Part shown: piece by piece, positions 23,894 through 35,976 of the stretch | Numbering within the stretch: the stretch's first letter is position 1 | Layout of the letters: every line of letters starts with the position of its first letter | NCBI GenBank assembly: GCA_000934665.2 | Contig: KZ538157.1 | Span: 62,001-113,164, forward strand | Direction of reading: 5' to 3' | DNA from: Catajapyx aquilonaris | Lineage: Eukaryota | DNA: 51,164 nucleotides | The notes under the pieces: model-generated | Seen by the model: the letters and a program-made list of their open reading frames with translations, nothing else | Told to the model about the DNA's origin: nothing | Databases searched by the model: none | Position numbers and translations under genes: made by a program

Positions 23894-24690
23894 TTCTTTC
23901 TAAAAACAGTCTTCTTGCTGGATCTGGATGGTAACAAAATGAAAGGAACACTGTAGAGAACCAGTTCCAATGATGAAGTTCCTGATGGCATCAGAAATTA
24001 GGATTGGTTGACTTGGATTATATGACCAGGAAATGAACTTGTAACTTGTCCGTAAATTTACAGTATATACGAAATACCGAAAAATACAAGGCATCACATC
24101 CAGTTACGAGGAAATGTAGCCTACTGTAAAAGAATCTCAAAAACCTGTTACAATGCAAAAAAAATTTAAACTTTTCCATCTACTTTCAGTATACTTGTAC
24201 CGCATGCTTATAAACATTTAGATTGAGTCTGCAGTCGAGCTAACCGTCTAGATTCAGGCGTATAGATTAGCGATTGCTTTAGGGGAATAAACATAATCAT
24301 GGCTTATTTGTTAGAAACCCCACAAGTTCATCCTTGTAGCGACGATGTGACGTCCAGTCAGGAACCAATAACCTATGCCACGTTTTATAACTCTCCCTGA
24401 AGAACTACAAAATCCCCAGCTATAAGTTAACGGACCCCCAATCCTAAAACGGATTCATCTCTATTACTCGTACTCAATTATGTCAAGCATCATTTCACAA
24501 CCTCCAGTGATCTTAGTACCACCAAACTTAATAAGTGCTCACAAAAAAAACAAACTTTTATTCCGGGCTCTCTAAAACTCCTTGCGAAACCTAAGTATTA
24601 ATATGTGTAATGGAGACGTAATAATTATATACGTCATATTTTCCCTTCTGTAGGCTACTGTCTAGTGGATGAAAAGTCACCGTCAAAATA

Positions 24691-25268
24691 CAGGGTGTTC
24701 CAAGTTCGTGGGTCACTTCTTTATAACTGATGTCGCCTGATAGCAGTTATTTTTGTAGCTTGTTGTGCCCAAAGATATTTACTATAATATACTGCTATAG
24801 ATGCATAACTCGCTATCCCTTTCCATACAAGCCGAGTGAAGCCAAATCACGCCCAAAGTAAAGATGGCGTCATAGTTACTTTGGGCGGGGCTGCAGAAGC
24901 GGCCTTAGGGGCTGCCCCTGTGCAGATGGGTCGGACCGAAGTGGGACGTTTCCAGGGGCGCGATCCCTTGAAGATGCCCAACTACGTACAGGCCACCACG
25001 GCAGATCGATCCAAGTCGCCCAAAGTCGCCATCTTTGCTTTGGGCCACTGGCACAAACTCCATGCACAAACTGGCTTCACTTTTTCTTAGCAGTTAGTTA
25101 TGTATAGCAGATATCTTTGGTTGTGCCCCATTCCATAACTACTGCTATAATCGACCCAGCAGTAGTTATGAAATGGGCACATGGTTAGCGGCACAACAAG
25201 CTACAAAAATAGCTACTATCGGACGATATCAGTTATCAAGAAGTGACCCACGAACTTGGAACACCCTG
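24691..25268. mobile_element. Tc1/mariner-type MITE, family M3
   Basis: TA-CAGGGTGTTCCAAGTTCGTGGGTCACTTCTT...AAGAAGTGACCCACGAACTTGGAACACCCTG-TA; TIRs extend about 75 bp to GTAGCTTGTTGTGCC/GGCACAACAAGCTAC. Confidence 0.9.
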
Positions 25269-26564
25269 TATTTTTGACATATCTGTAAATTTATTTCGGT
25301 GAATTCAATGTCGACTCCTCAGCTCAAAAGCTATAGATACGGCCATAGTGCAGTGCAAAATTGTTCATCAGAAACACCATTCGTTTCTATTGCTCGCATT
25401 AAAGGCAAGGTTGTAAAGNCCCCCCAAGCTGTAAAAAGAAAAAAAAGGATTTGACACTCCTCGAAGAGGTGTGGAGGAAGTGGAGGAAAAAATTTCTTTC
25501 CAGCACCGTAACTCTTGAGCGAGTTGAAAAGACTGGATAAGCGCCAAGTTCCTCCGATTCCAATCCGTACAGTGGTACACGCCTTTCCCAAGTATTCCAG
25601 CTTGAAGAAGACACCTGAAACGCTTTTGTCCAACTTGAGCCTGGCTTGATAAAAAAAATCCATAATCCATGGATTCAATTTCCACGTCCATTTCTTCCGG
25701 ATTTTTCCAAACTTATGTCACAGCTCTCGCCATTTTGGATTTGTGTACAAAAAAAATGTAGGCTGAGTAAATATGTCATGTCTAAGATTAGATGAATAGG
25801 TTTACAGCTGGGTTCTAGCGTCAAGGCTAATTACTATTCATCATTTCCGCCTCCAATATCTGCCTACACGTCCTTCCTAATTTGCAATTTTTTTTTGGCG
25901 CAACAATAACAGAGCGAAAGTCGTCTAATTCGAAACTGACAGGAAGCAATCCAATTACTGGAGCCAAAAATATAATTAGCGGCACAGTACACAGTATTGC
26001 CAGAGTTTGATTACATTACGAACCCAGGGAAAATGTGATAAGCTTACTTTTTATCATTATTGCTGTCCAAGTTTGCTTGTGTCAATTGAGAGCTTTATAA
26101 ACTTAAGAGTCTTTAGGGACTGCCAAGCTCATTTTTTATCAGAATTTGATCAAACGGCCTGTTTGTCGCTAATAGTTAGAAAAATGGATATCCGCAATGC
26201 GTACCTGCGTGCACCCAACCAGTGCACCAGATTATTGTTATTGTAAGATGGTATTTAAAAAAAATTGTGGGCATATAAGTGAAATCCACTAACAAGTAAA
26301 AAAAACTAGTTTCGGGATAGTGGAAGGCAAATATTTGACCCTTCACTTGTTTACATGATAGGCAGAAAATCCTGGCATGCTGGCTCATTTAAGAGTAAAT
26401 ATGGACTTATGAGGGTTGATCTCAGGTCATCCCTCCTCATCCTGCAAGGTCACTCAGGGTCGTGGTCCAATAATACAACAGGTACGGAGCAAGCCATTTA
26501 TTATACGACCAGTCTGGAGCCAGACCGTTTCACGACTATCCACAAAAGAGCACTCCCCCTAGGG

Positions 26565-26919
26565 CAGGGGTGGGCAAACTACGGCCCGCGCAAAAATTGA
26601 GGTATTCCTGAAAATCTTGAAATTTTTAAAAACACAAAATTTTATGCCTGTGCCTTTGTTTTTAATTCTTTTTAATTCACAAGAATAATAATTGGTTTTT
26701 TATTTATACGGGCCATTTTCATTGATATATTTAGCTAATTTTATCGATTTTCAGAGAATTTAATGATAATTTATGCAATTAATGGAAGTTCATTTAAAAC
26801 GATGGACATATAATTGTAAACTTTTTTATTAGTTGAAATTTCTTTTGTTATAGATACGGCCCGTCAATTTGTTTAAAATCTCTCTGCGGCCCAAGGAGAA
26901 AAAAGTTTGCCCACCCTTG
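26565..26919 (+). mobile_element. hAT (Charlie-like) MITE, family M5, copy 1
   Basis: CAGGGGTGGGCAAACT...AGTTTGCCCACCCTTG termini with GGCCCG subterminal motifs. Flanks CCCTAGGG / CCTAGGG (8-bp TSD with one base lost). Homologous to 34450. Confidence 0.88.
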
Positions 26920-26964
26920 CCTAGGGCCTAGGTCAACACCCAGCAGATGTCACTACCCTCTATA

Positions 26965-27247
26965 ATAATAATTCATACCCCGTTATCAGCCTATCGGCTC
27001 TTTAGGGGGGAAGTTTTTGTTTTGACTGGAACTCTTTGCTTTCATTTTACTGCGCTTTTGGGGATATGATAGGGACGGAAGGAAGCGGCTGTGGCCTATT
27101 AATTACGGAAGCAACTCCGTAATTTTCCTGGAAGGACCGTGGGAAACCACAGAAAACCACGGTCAGAGTTGCCGGCCCCGGGATTAGAACCCAGGACCTC
27201 CCGATTAGCAGTCGGACGCCTTATCCACTATGCCAACCTGGTTCGGT
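26965..27247 (-). mobile_element. tRNA-derived SINE, family B, copy 2
   Basis: Full-length match to family B. Perfect 13-bp TSD ACTACCCTCTATA at 26952-26964 and 27248-27260. Confidence 0.92.
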
Positions 27248-27267
27248 ACTACCCTCTATAGTCTATA

Positions 27268-27407
27268 CAGTCCTTTAAACGAGACGTCACAGCAGCCATG
27301 TTTTCTGTGCATGCACAGCGGAGTGATTCGGGGACGTGATAGGACGGAAGAGCCGGGTGGAGGCGGGCTGAACGTGACGTCAGACCATTCTCTCGTTTAA
27401 AGGACTG
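27268..27407. mobile_element. Short TA-flanked MITE
   Basis: TA-CAGTCCTTTAAACGAGA...TCTCGTTTAAAGGACTG-TA, a perfect 17-bp TIR. Confidence 0.8.
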
Positions 27408-27619
27408 TAGTAAGGAGCGTCACATACTTTATCAGGTGATAGAGCAGATAACATGCAACTTAGTGATGTAAATAACTCAAAACTGCCAAAATTAGACTTG
27501 AATTTCACCTATATGCCCACCTGGACAGAGTAGATAAAACGTGGAGCATCTGAGGTGAATCTGGCCGTGGACACAGTTCCAACCAGTGGTCATGAGAAGG
27601 CTTATGGTTTCAGTGTCGA

Positions 27620-27980
27620 CCCCAGTGACGTGAGTGGTGTGAGAAGACTCTGGCAAGTTAGTGAGTCTCTCATCTGGCTTGGGATTATCCTGTCAGCACC
27701 GCCCCCGACCGCCCACCTTATGACTGCTCATTTGTAACCATCCATCCGGCGAAAAATGGTTCTTCGAACGCTCCCCTGGGTGGTCCTCATCACCCAGACT
27801 CACACACTCACACAAAACGTTTCCGACCGATTAGCAACGTTTGTGTTGCGAACTTCTCTCACTCGCAAGACAGAAGGAGATATTAATTGGCTTTGGCAAG
27901 GGTTCCAGACTGGGGCTGTCAGTCTGAAGACGCTGACGGGGCTGATATCGTCAGAAGAAGATGGGCGAAGCAGACGTTTT
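27620..27980 (+). pseudogene. Decayed RTE-like LINE ORF C-terminal relic
   Basis: Across frames: MTAHL*PSI, EKWFFERSPG, HTLTQNVSDRL, INWLW, LKTLTG...GRSRR (cf. LTAELERRI...EMWCFRRLLG...HITNEEV...LxWFGH...KTILQG...RRGR). Confidence 0.4.
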
Positions 27981-28984
27981 TTTCCGGCTCGCTTCAGATA
28001 CGCTGGCTATGGCTAATTGCCTCTACAGTCTATCGTTTCGCTTCCGTGTGCCCACCAATCATGCACTCTTTTGACGGCAGGGGCAAATATTTACTGGAGG
28101 AAAAATCGATTCGGAGATTTCAAAATTGGCGGGGTTTCTCTACAGTAGGTGGCGCGGCGTAAATACGACTAATCTGACAGCAGCAGGCACCAGCCCATTG
28201 TAGCAGAAAATACACAGAGGCCAGTTTCTAATCCAGTAACTTCTTAATCTGGCGTACACTCTAGCTGAAGTTGATCCGGAATTCAGATTTTGTTCGAACC
28301 TATCAAAAAATGCATAACTTCTAGATAATCCAATTAAATACTGTTAGGTAAAAAAAAAATCATGTTGAACCTGCACTGTAAATTACGTTCTGACTTGGGA
28401 GATGGTGAAATGTTCGTTTTTTATATTTCGCGTCCTGACTTGGAGTTGGGTCAACAATCCCTGCCCTATCTTGGTATTGCTGAAGAGAGATTCAACTGTA
28501 GCATCTTACCAACTTTCAGCACATCACACATGGCCTATTTTTTTCTAGCGCCGAGATAAGGGCAGGAATATTCACATAATATCCCCGTCTCCAAGACGGA
28601 AGATGAATTACAGTGTAAACAAAAAGAAGCAAACAGCCCATCATCATCGCACTTTCCAATGAAAGGGGTAGTCAGAGCTGAACCAAGTGACGCTTCAAGT
28701 TGAGTTACAAATAACGCAAATGCACTGCATAAAAATGAACCTCGTAACACCACAATCAAACATTAAAATTAGCAAATCGCCAATTATATCATGTGCCCGT
28801 ATATTGTACATAATTATGAACAAAATAAAAATATAAACATCCGTAGAAATTATTTATCACCAGATTTAATTAATTTATGCCACTTACGCTTATCCAAACA
28901 TACAACCTTATAGCCTATGCAACTACAGTGAGATACTGTATTTAAAACTAAGCAGTATGTACTGTAAGCACTGAGTTATTTTTA

Positions 28985-29235
28985 GGGCGGCACGGTGGTG
29001 TAGTGGTTAGCGCCAAAGCCTTCCACCTCTAAGGTCCTGAGTTCGATCGCCGGATCGGACAGAGGATGCTTATGTGGATAGTTTCGATGGGTTCTCTCCT
29101 TGTTCGCGTGGGTTTCTCGGCGTTCTCCCGTTTCCTCCGACTATCAAAATCCATCACAGCAAAGGCAATGATTAAAGACGGTCAATTAAAAAGATGATCC
29201 CCTAAAAAGCCCAAGGAGGCTTATCACGGGGTATC

Positions 29236-29300
<65 letters not shown>
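28985..29300 (+). mobile_element. tRNA-derived SINE, family D (V-SINE-like core) with (TTA)n tail
   Basis: Head GGCGGCACGGTGGTGTAGTGGTTAGC...GAGTTCGATC. Core ATGTGGATAGTTTCGATGGGTTCTCTCCTTGTTCGCGTGGGTTTCTCGGCGTTCTCCCGTTTCCTCC resembles the V-SINE central domain. Ends GGCTTATCACGGGGTATC(TAT)n. Confidence 0.85.
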
Positions 29301-29301
<1 letters not shown>

Positions 29302-32300
29302 TCAGTAACTTTTTATTTCTTCAGGTTAAGTAAATAATAAAAATACAGGAGCAATTAGATACGGATCCGAGGGACATACTATGTTACTCTCAGAGGGCAG
29401 TTTTGTTCTTCTGTAACAATGTAAGTAGAATAATTCTCTTTCGACTGCAGAAACTGGCTTTTTTAAACAAAAATAATGAGACGTCGATTCATAATTCCCC
29501 TAGGTTTTTTGTACCAAGTCGGTTTACCCGGCTTTGCTCGATATCGGATTTGCAGACGATCGTTCCTCTCCTCTCTATACGCTTGAATATGGCTCCAGGC
29601 TTGTTTTTACAGCCTTTAAAAACCTGCATGCGCTTATGTTGCCTTTGGAAATATTAGTGAAATCACAACAGTCCGACTTTGCACAATAAAACTGAAAGAA
29701 AGACGGCCCCCAGGAATCAAATTTTATCCGAATTACTCAAAACATAATGCAATGTTCAATATTTCGTACAAAATGATCCTGTTTGTCTAGACTCTAGAAC
29801 AATGCTTAATGAGTAAAAGAAACGCAATGAAAACATTACAGGATATATCCAATAATAATGGCTCATTACTCTGACTATAATTATGACGTATGTGTATACA
29901 ACCACCAAGTAATAACGTTCTGAGCAGGCCTCCCCGTTAACGATGCATGTAGACAAGCGATAAAAATAGCCTGTGTTAGCAAGGTTCTGGCCGTGACATG
30001 AAGCCTGCAAATGAAGAATGACTAGTTGCTTTCTCTCCAAACAAGACGTACTTGCACAGCGCCATGTACACGCCAGCTGACTCAAATTACATCACTATTT
30101 TGTCAAGCCCCCGCTTTTCCAACCCAACTCAAATCCACAAAATGGCGGCGTACTGTTTCAAATATTTTTTCTAGCTCTATTTTGTAAGCAGCTTATGCAC
30201 ACACCGCAGACTGCAAAATACACCTTTTTTCACATGCTTATGGCACCTCTGGTGACGCCAGTGTGAAACTTTGCCGAATTTCTGACATGCTTTCCCCTAC
30301 AGTGTAAACGTTCCCTTTTTTGTGAGAACCGCTCACATGTCAGCAGCTTCCAAGTATTCCCACCCAAGCACACCTATCAATCAGGATCATCAAGTCGGGC
30401 CATTCTAAAAACAGGACCGCAGAATGAAGTTACCCCTCTTCCCGACCCTACCCTCCAAAATAAACCCTTGGCTCTATATATATGACTTGTGACCTCCCCC
30501 TTTTTAAAAAATCATAGGATGGTAAGTCAAGCTTGTCTGAACAATTAGAAGCCAAAATGTCAGACACGTGACTTTTCTGTAAGAATTTCGGAAGCATATC
30601 CAACCCTGTCAGAGACTAAGCATGGCTGCTTTTTGATGGGGGAAGGTGCAGTGGGGAGCCACTGTTTACACCAAAACACCCCCTTTGTGTTGGCCGTTGA
30701 TGGACACCAGAGGCGTGACCGGTGGCAGGAAGTGCGCCCGGTTCTCTGGATATATCTCTAGAAAGTGGTCACTTCCCCTTGTATTTACCTTCCTGTCAGC
30801 GAAACCATTGCCTTTTTCCGAAAGAGAAGGGGAGGAGTAAGGAGGGGGAAACGATATTTTTAGTGGGTTTCCCCCCAAGTTGCGTCTGGTAAGAGTGTGC
30901 CGCCTTTAAGGTGGTTCGTGCAACAATGTCGGTGGAAGGAAAAATATACGGAGGTCGCGTGAGTACTGGAGCATATACAGTCGGTCTGCAAAATTCCGCA
31001 ATCGATACAAAATAATTTTTAGCATAGTCACTGAATAGGTAGCCCATGGGAACTGCATCGAGCTGAATTGGCTAAAAAACGGAACCTCGAATGTGTGTTT
31101 TAATGCATCAATGATCTAACTTTACCAGGCGCAATTTCAGGAAAGGGATATTGAAGAATGTGCATTAGAAATTGCCTACAAGTTATTATTTTTCCATCCC
31201 AACAGTTGAGTTCCTGGAGACAAGCTCTCTAATTAATTTCCTTATTCAAACCTAGATCTACAGCCGTTAATTAGGGCTCGCGTTATACAATAGCATAGCG
31301 AAAATTTTCCACAGTAAAAATGCGGTTGTGTGCCAAAATCTCATTTCCTCCGGAGATTTTCAGCCCTGGATATGGTGCAATTAATTTCACCGCCCATTAT
31401 TGCAGGAGCTGGTTTATCTGCCCATACGGTAACTATGATGTCGCAATCATGGCCAATGTTGTTACAAGAAATGACGTCACCACGTTCGAGCACGAAACTC
31501 CAGATAATCCGCTTCCGTCCAGAGGATGTCAGGAATGAGTTACAAGGTTCTACAATGAACCGCTTTTGAATAGGTAATACTGCTCAGTGAAACCTGTCCA
31601 TAACGGATTCTATGAATTATTACCGTAACAAACTTTACATTTGCTAAAAATGAAATGTGCCAGTCTCAGTTCAGAGATAACATTTTCAGCGACATTTTTT
31701 TTTGCATACGAGTTCATTCACCGTCTGCAAAAAAGTATTTGGCATCAACAAAATGCGAGCTCTTTGAACATTTTTCTTATCCACCCCCCGCCCCCTCCTC
31801 CGGTTCGAGTGTTTGCGCCTTGTTGAATTAGTCATTGGCTGCAAAAACGTGCCCAAAAGAGCATAACCTCGCCGAAAAATCCGTCTCTTTCATCTCAACA
31901 ATACGACCCACAGCAGAGCACAAGGGGGATAAGAAGGTAAGCGTCAGTTTGCATGATGGATTGAACCTTTTACAACGTTGCCCAACCGACTCCTTCCCCT
32001 TTTCTTGCCCTCCCTAAAAATCATCACCCCCATAAGTAAGACTATGTCGACACCCCCTCCCATGCCCCCGCCATGTTTTTGTCCCTGAATCGAGGCCATA
32101 ACAGCATCCGGCAAAACCAAAGCCTAATGACATTAAATAGCCGTTAAATTAACTCTGATAATCCGCCCCACCAAATTGATCATACCTGTCACTTAATTAA
32201 TTTCGCCCTCATTAAACCTGTCGACAATCCAGCATTGGACGAACTGGGAGGGGGGGGGGGGTGTGGTGTCCTCTGGAAAATGGCGGGAATTGTGCGAATG

Positions 32301-33067
32301 TGGCAGGGGGGATTCCCGCGAATTGGGAGAGAAATGGTCCAGTCTCCCTCCCCAGAATTTAATTGGGTGATTCCGCGAGTGTGGGCCAAGATGCCCCGAA
32401 TTCCGACGCCTGCCTCATTACGGCCTCGACATCGGAGTTCCGGGACTGCGATGAAGAACTCTCCCCTCCAAACCCGGACCCCCAACCACACACTCGAGAT
32501 GAACGACCGAGATTGCAGCGCCCTCTTTTTTTGAAATATCAAGCTGAGAAGCACATGTGCAGCAAAACACATGATGTTATCCGTTCCCGAAGAAGGATAA
32601 ATCTCTCCTCAAGATGGTACAAACAGGGGGTGGAATAGTTGCTTTGTCTTCACCGTGGTCTTCACGGTTCCGTCATACGTAAGTTACGAGCAGTTGATTG
32701 GTTCAAAAACAAGCAAACATTGCACACACTATGAGCTACATGTTAGTACGAAAATGCGAGCGGATAATGCCGTGCGATTACTCATGTTACTGCGCACCAT
32801 TGAATGCCAAGCTGTCTGCAAACATGCCCCCCCCCCCCTCATAATATGAATGGGACGTCCAACTTTATACAGGGGGAGGTAGACCACATTCAAAATGGCT
32901 CAAAGCGGGTGCTAGGACCACCCACCAACTAATTTTTCAGAGGAGCTCGCCCTAGGGCACCAGGGCAGCCAAGTGCACCAAACTCTGCATGATAACCACA
33001 AAATGCAAAATTTCTAGATGGGGGGCTCATGTGACAAAAGCAGTGCGACAGTTGGGACTGGACTCAC

Positions 33068-33200
33068 CGGTGACGTTGGCCACGAACTTTCCGAGGCCAT
33101 CAGTGCTGCAGTGGTGGTGATGTGCAGATTGCTGCTGGGGATGATGGTGCTGCTGTAGCCGGTCAGGCGGATGATGGTAGTACAAGGAGGTGGCGCCAGG
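33068..33200 (-). CDS. nau: MyoD/nautilus-family myogenic bHLH factor, penultimate coding exon
   Basis: Acceptor gttttgtatttcag| and donor |gtgagt. 133 nt = 44 codons + 1 nt: PGATSLYYHHPPDRLQQHHHPQQQSAHHHHCSTDGLGKFVANVT(G). The phase matches the helix-III exon, and CSTDGL loosely recalls the MyoD CSDGM motif. Confidence 0.75.
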
Positions 33201-33971
33201 CTGAAATACAAAACGGGGGCTTAAGTCCTAAGAATTATAGCACGCTAGTGGCCTCAAATGCAGGACGTTCAATCATTCTGGCCATGTAGATACCCGCTTT
33301 TGACCAGAACGACTCCCTGGATATTGCAGGACGCCCGATAACGAAAACCTTACACGTGTGCAGTCTTTTCTCTTTTTTTCCTTTTCTTCGTTTTTTTGTG
33401 TTCCTGTGGTGGCCTCCTCGTATTTATGAGTCTAGAGGTAGCCTCCCTTGCTGGATATACGTCCCACATAGACCACCTTTTTTTCCCGCTTCCCCATAGT
33501 CCACAACGGCGGCCTTTATGAATTCCGAGCAGGACCTAGCCACGCACGGTCGCCAAACGAACGGAAAGATTAGTGGTAATGGCACCGAAACACCGCTCAT
33601 TTTGGGAAATGGCCCTGCCCCCCACACGATATAACTTTTTTCAACCGTTTCAGTGTCCGACACCGATTTTTTTTCAAGGGTGCTATAAACTATCCGAGGA
33701 AGTTAAAGCGGAAGTGATAGCTCTATTTCGCACCCAATTCCGATGTATCATGCAAAATGGTGTAAAAGTAGGTGTGCCTCCGCCCTTTATCTGAGACAAG
33801 ATCATTTCTGTTCTTTATGCAGTGTAATCACACTTCTATTATAGCATGAAAATATAGGAACATGAATTAAAAATGGCAAATACCCAAAATATATAAAAAT
33901 GGCGCAATATTTAATTATAACACGTAGGCTATAACATTAAATCGTATGGGCCTATAGCGCTATAGGCCTAC

Positions 33972-34973
33972 TAGTCCATGGGCTAATATAAGGGACAAAT
34001 TTGGTCCAAACGTTGCATTTTGTGATAAAAGTATGAAACTCAATACACTCTTTCTTTGCACACTTCTGAACATATCTGAACGTGGGGCCACGATGAGCCA
34101 ACCCTCTGGAGCTCCCTATTCAAATATAAAGGGGTGTTTTACAGTTTGTTAAATATGGCAACCCGGCGATAGTGACCTCCAGCGGGGTGGGTCATAGTGG
34201 CTCCACGTCCAGATATGTTCAGAAGTGTCCAAAGAATTAATGTACCAAGTGTCACGTCTTTATCACCGAATCCAAGCTCCTCAATCAAAATAATATAAAC
34301 GCATGTTGCACCCATTAGATCTGGCAACCCCGTGACGGACCCACAGGGGGGTCGTTCATCGTCGCCCCAATTGCAGACATGTTCAGAAGTGTCCAAAGAC
34401 CAATTGTGGCGAGGTTCATGTTTTGATCACCGAATGAAAGGTCCTAAAGCAGGGGTGAGCAAACTTTTTTCTCCGTGGACCGGATAGATTTAAAAAAAAT
34501 TGACGGGCCGTATCTAACAAAAGAAATTTCAATTTATAAGAAAGTTTACAATTATATATCCATCGTTTTAAATGATCTTCCAATAATTGCATAGATTATC
34601 ATTCATTCTCTGAAAATCGATAAAATTAGCTAAATATATCAATGGAAATGGCCAGTATAAATTTAAAAACCAATATTTTTGTAAATTTAAAAGAATTAAA
34701 AAGAAAGGCACAGGCATAAAATTTTGCAATTTTAATTTTTCAACATTTTCAGGAATGATACCGAAATTTTTCCGCGGGCCGTAGTTTTCCCACCCCTCTC
34801 CTAAAGGTATGCTGCACCTGGCAGATATGGCAACCTTGCAAAAGTGACCCCCGGCGGGGTGGGTCATCGTGGCCCCACGTCGAGATATGCTAAGAAGTGT
34901 CCAAAGAACGAGTGTACCGAGTTTCATACTTTTATCACAAAATGCTGAGTTAAAACCCTTAGCACCCGGATTA
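33972..34973. mobile_element. Non-autonomous DNA element with a ~100-bp unit in inverted and tandem copies (interrupted by a hAT MITE)
   Basis: GCATTTTGTGATAAAAGTATGAAACT...CGTGGGGCCACGATGA at 34015-34100 is inverted relative to the unit ending AGTTTCATACTTTTATCACAAAATGC at 34945. Further direct copies (ATGTTCAGAAGTGTCCAAAGA) near 34215 and 34380. Termini TAGTCC.../...GGATTA are tentative. Confidence 0.7.
34450..34798 (-). mobile_element. hAT (Charlie-like) MITE, family M5, copy 2
   Basis: Reverse-orientation match to 26565-26919. Perfect 8-bp TSD TCCTAAAG at 34442-34449 and 34799-34806. Confidence 0.92.
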
Positions 34974-35034
34974 TACGTGATAGTACAATACTAACTGTGG
35001 GTAATTTGAAACATGGGGTTTCAATAAAAAATTT

Positions 35035-35365
35035 GGGGAGGCGGAGTGGTGCTGTGGTAACGTATGCGCCCACGGATGTTAAGGTCCCGGGTTCGATCCC
35101 AGCCCGGGAACACCCCCTTCATCTCGTGCAGAGTTCAGGTCGTCTCTGGCTTCGTCTCGGGTGGAATCTCCAATAGACATATCCACCCGGGGGAGTACAC
35201 AAAATGTACCCATATCAGTCCGCGCACTGCACTTTGCACATCCCCTCCTGTCATCCTGCCCGTGGGCCCGGGCTTTCATTAAATAGGCACCATGTACTGA
35301 ACAACTCAAAATACAATAGAAGTCCATGCGATATACCCCGGAAGGGGTGAAAGCATTACCCACAA

Positions 35366-35419
<54 letters not shown>

Positions 35420-35423
35420 TATT
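35035..35423 (+). mobile_element. tRNA-derived SINE, family E, with (TTA)n tail
   Basis: A box TGGTGCTGTGG and B box GGTTCGATCCC. 3' hairpin ACCCCGGAAGGGGT, then (TTA)n. TSD ATAAAAAATTT at 35024-35034 and 35424-35434. Confidence 0.88.
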
Positions 35424-35823
35424 ATAAAAAATTTGACAAATATTGAGCAATATTTCAGAGTAGCAGGGAACCCGTTCTTCGCACGGTGATTGATAAATAA
35501 ATGTGCCACAATTTCCGCAGATGAGGCACCAAACACCATAAAAACCTAAATAAATAAATTTAGGGTATTTTGACGCAGAAAATTTAATTATTCTGACTTT
35601 TCCCTAAATCTGCCGCACGTAAGACGTCAGTGTGACAAGTTTCATAACTTTCAGCACTCCGAAAGTGGGTTAGATAGCCGTGACATACATAAATACCAAC
35701 ATACGTTCTGCTGTAAGATAAATATTAATATCTATGTGTTTAAAAAGTAACGACAGGGTTGCTTTGAGAGAGCCTCCTTCATTACATTTCTATGATAGTT
35801 TAGTCCCAATTTTTTATGATGTA

Positions 35824-35976
35824 CTATGGGGCTCAAATAATTCTTTGGCCACTTTATCCTGGTCTTGAAGCAACCCTTCGCATAGGCCCCAGGTGTACAG
35901 TACACATAGGGTGTGTGTGTGTGAAGGGTTGCTTCAAGACCAGGATAAAGTAGCCAAAACAATTTGAGCCCCATAG
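35824..35976. mobile_element. TA-flanked MITE, family M4, copy 2
   Basis: TA-CTATGGGGCTCAAAT...ATTTGAGCCCCATAG-TA, with inner arms CTTTATCCTGGTCTTGAAGCAACCCTTC / GAAGGGTTGCTTCAAGACCAGGATAAAG. Confidence 0.88.

Larger units (their letters stand above)
15477..33067 (-). other. nau: Last intron of the MyoD/nautilus-like gene (17,591 bp, phase 1)
   Basis: Donor CCG|GTGAGT at 33068/33067 and acceptor TTTCAG|G at 15477/15476. The split codon G|GT gives Gly and keeps the frame open. Confidence 0.75.

Noticed and set aside
33972..34973. Repeat-spacer pattern as a CRISPR-like array
   Set aside because: Units are about 100 bp, diverged and partly inverted, the context is eukaryotic, and there are no cas genes.
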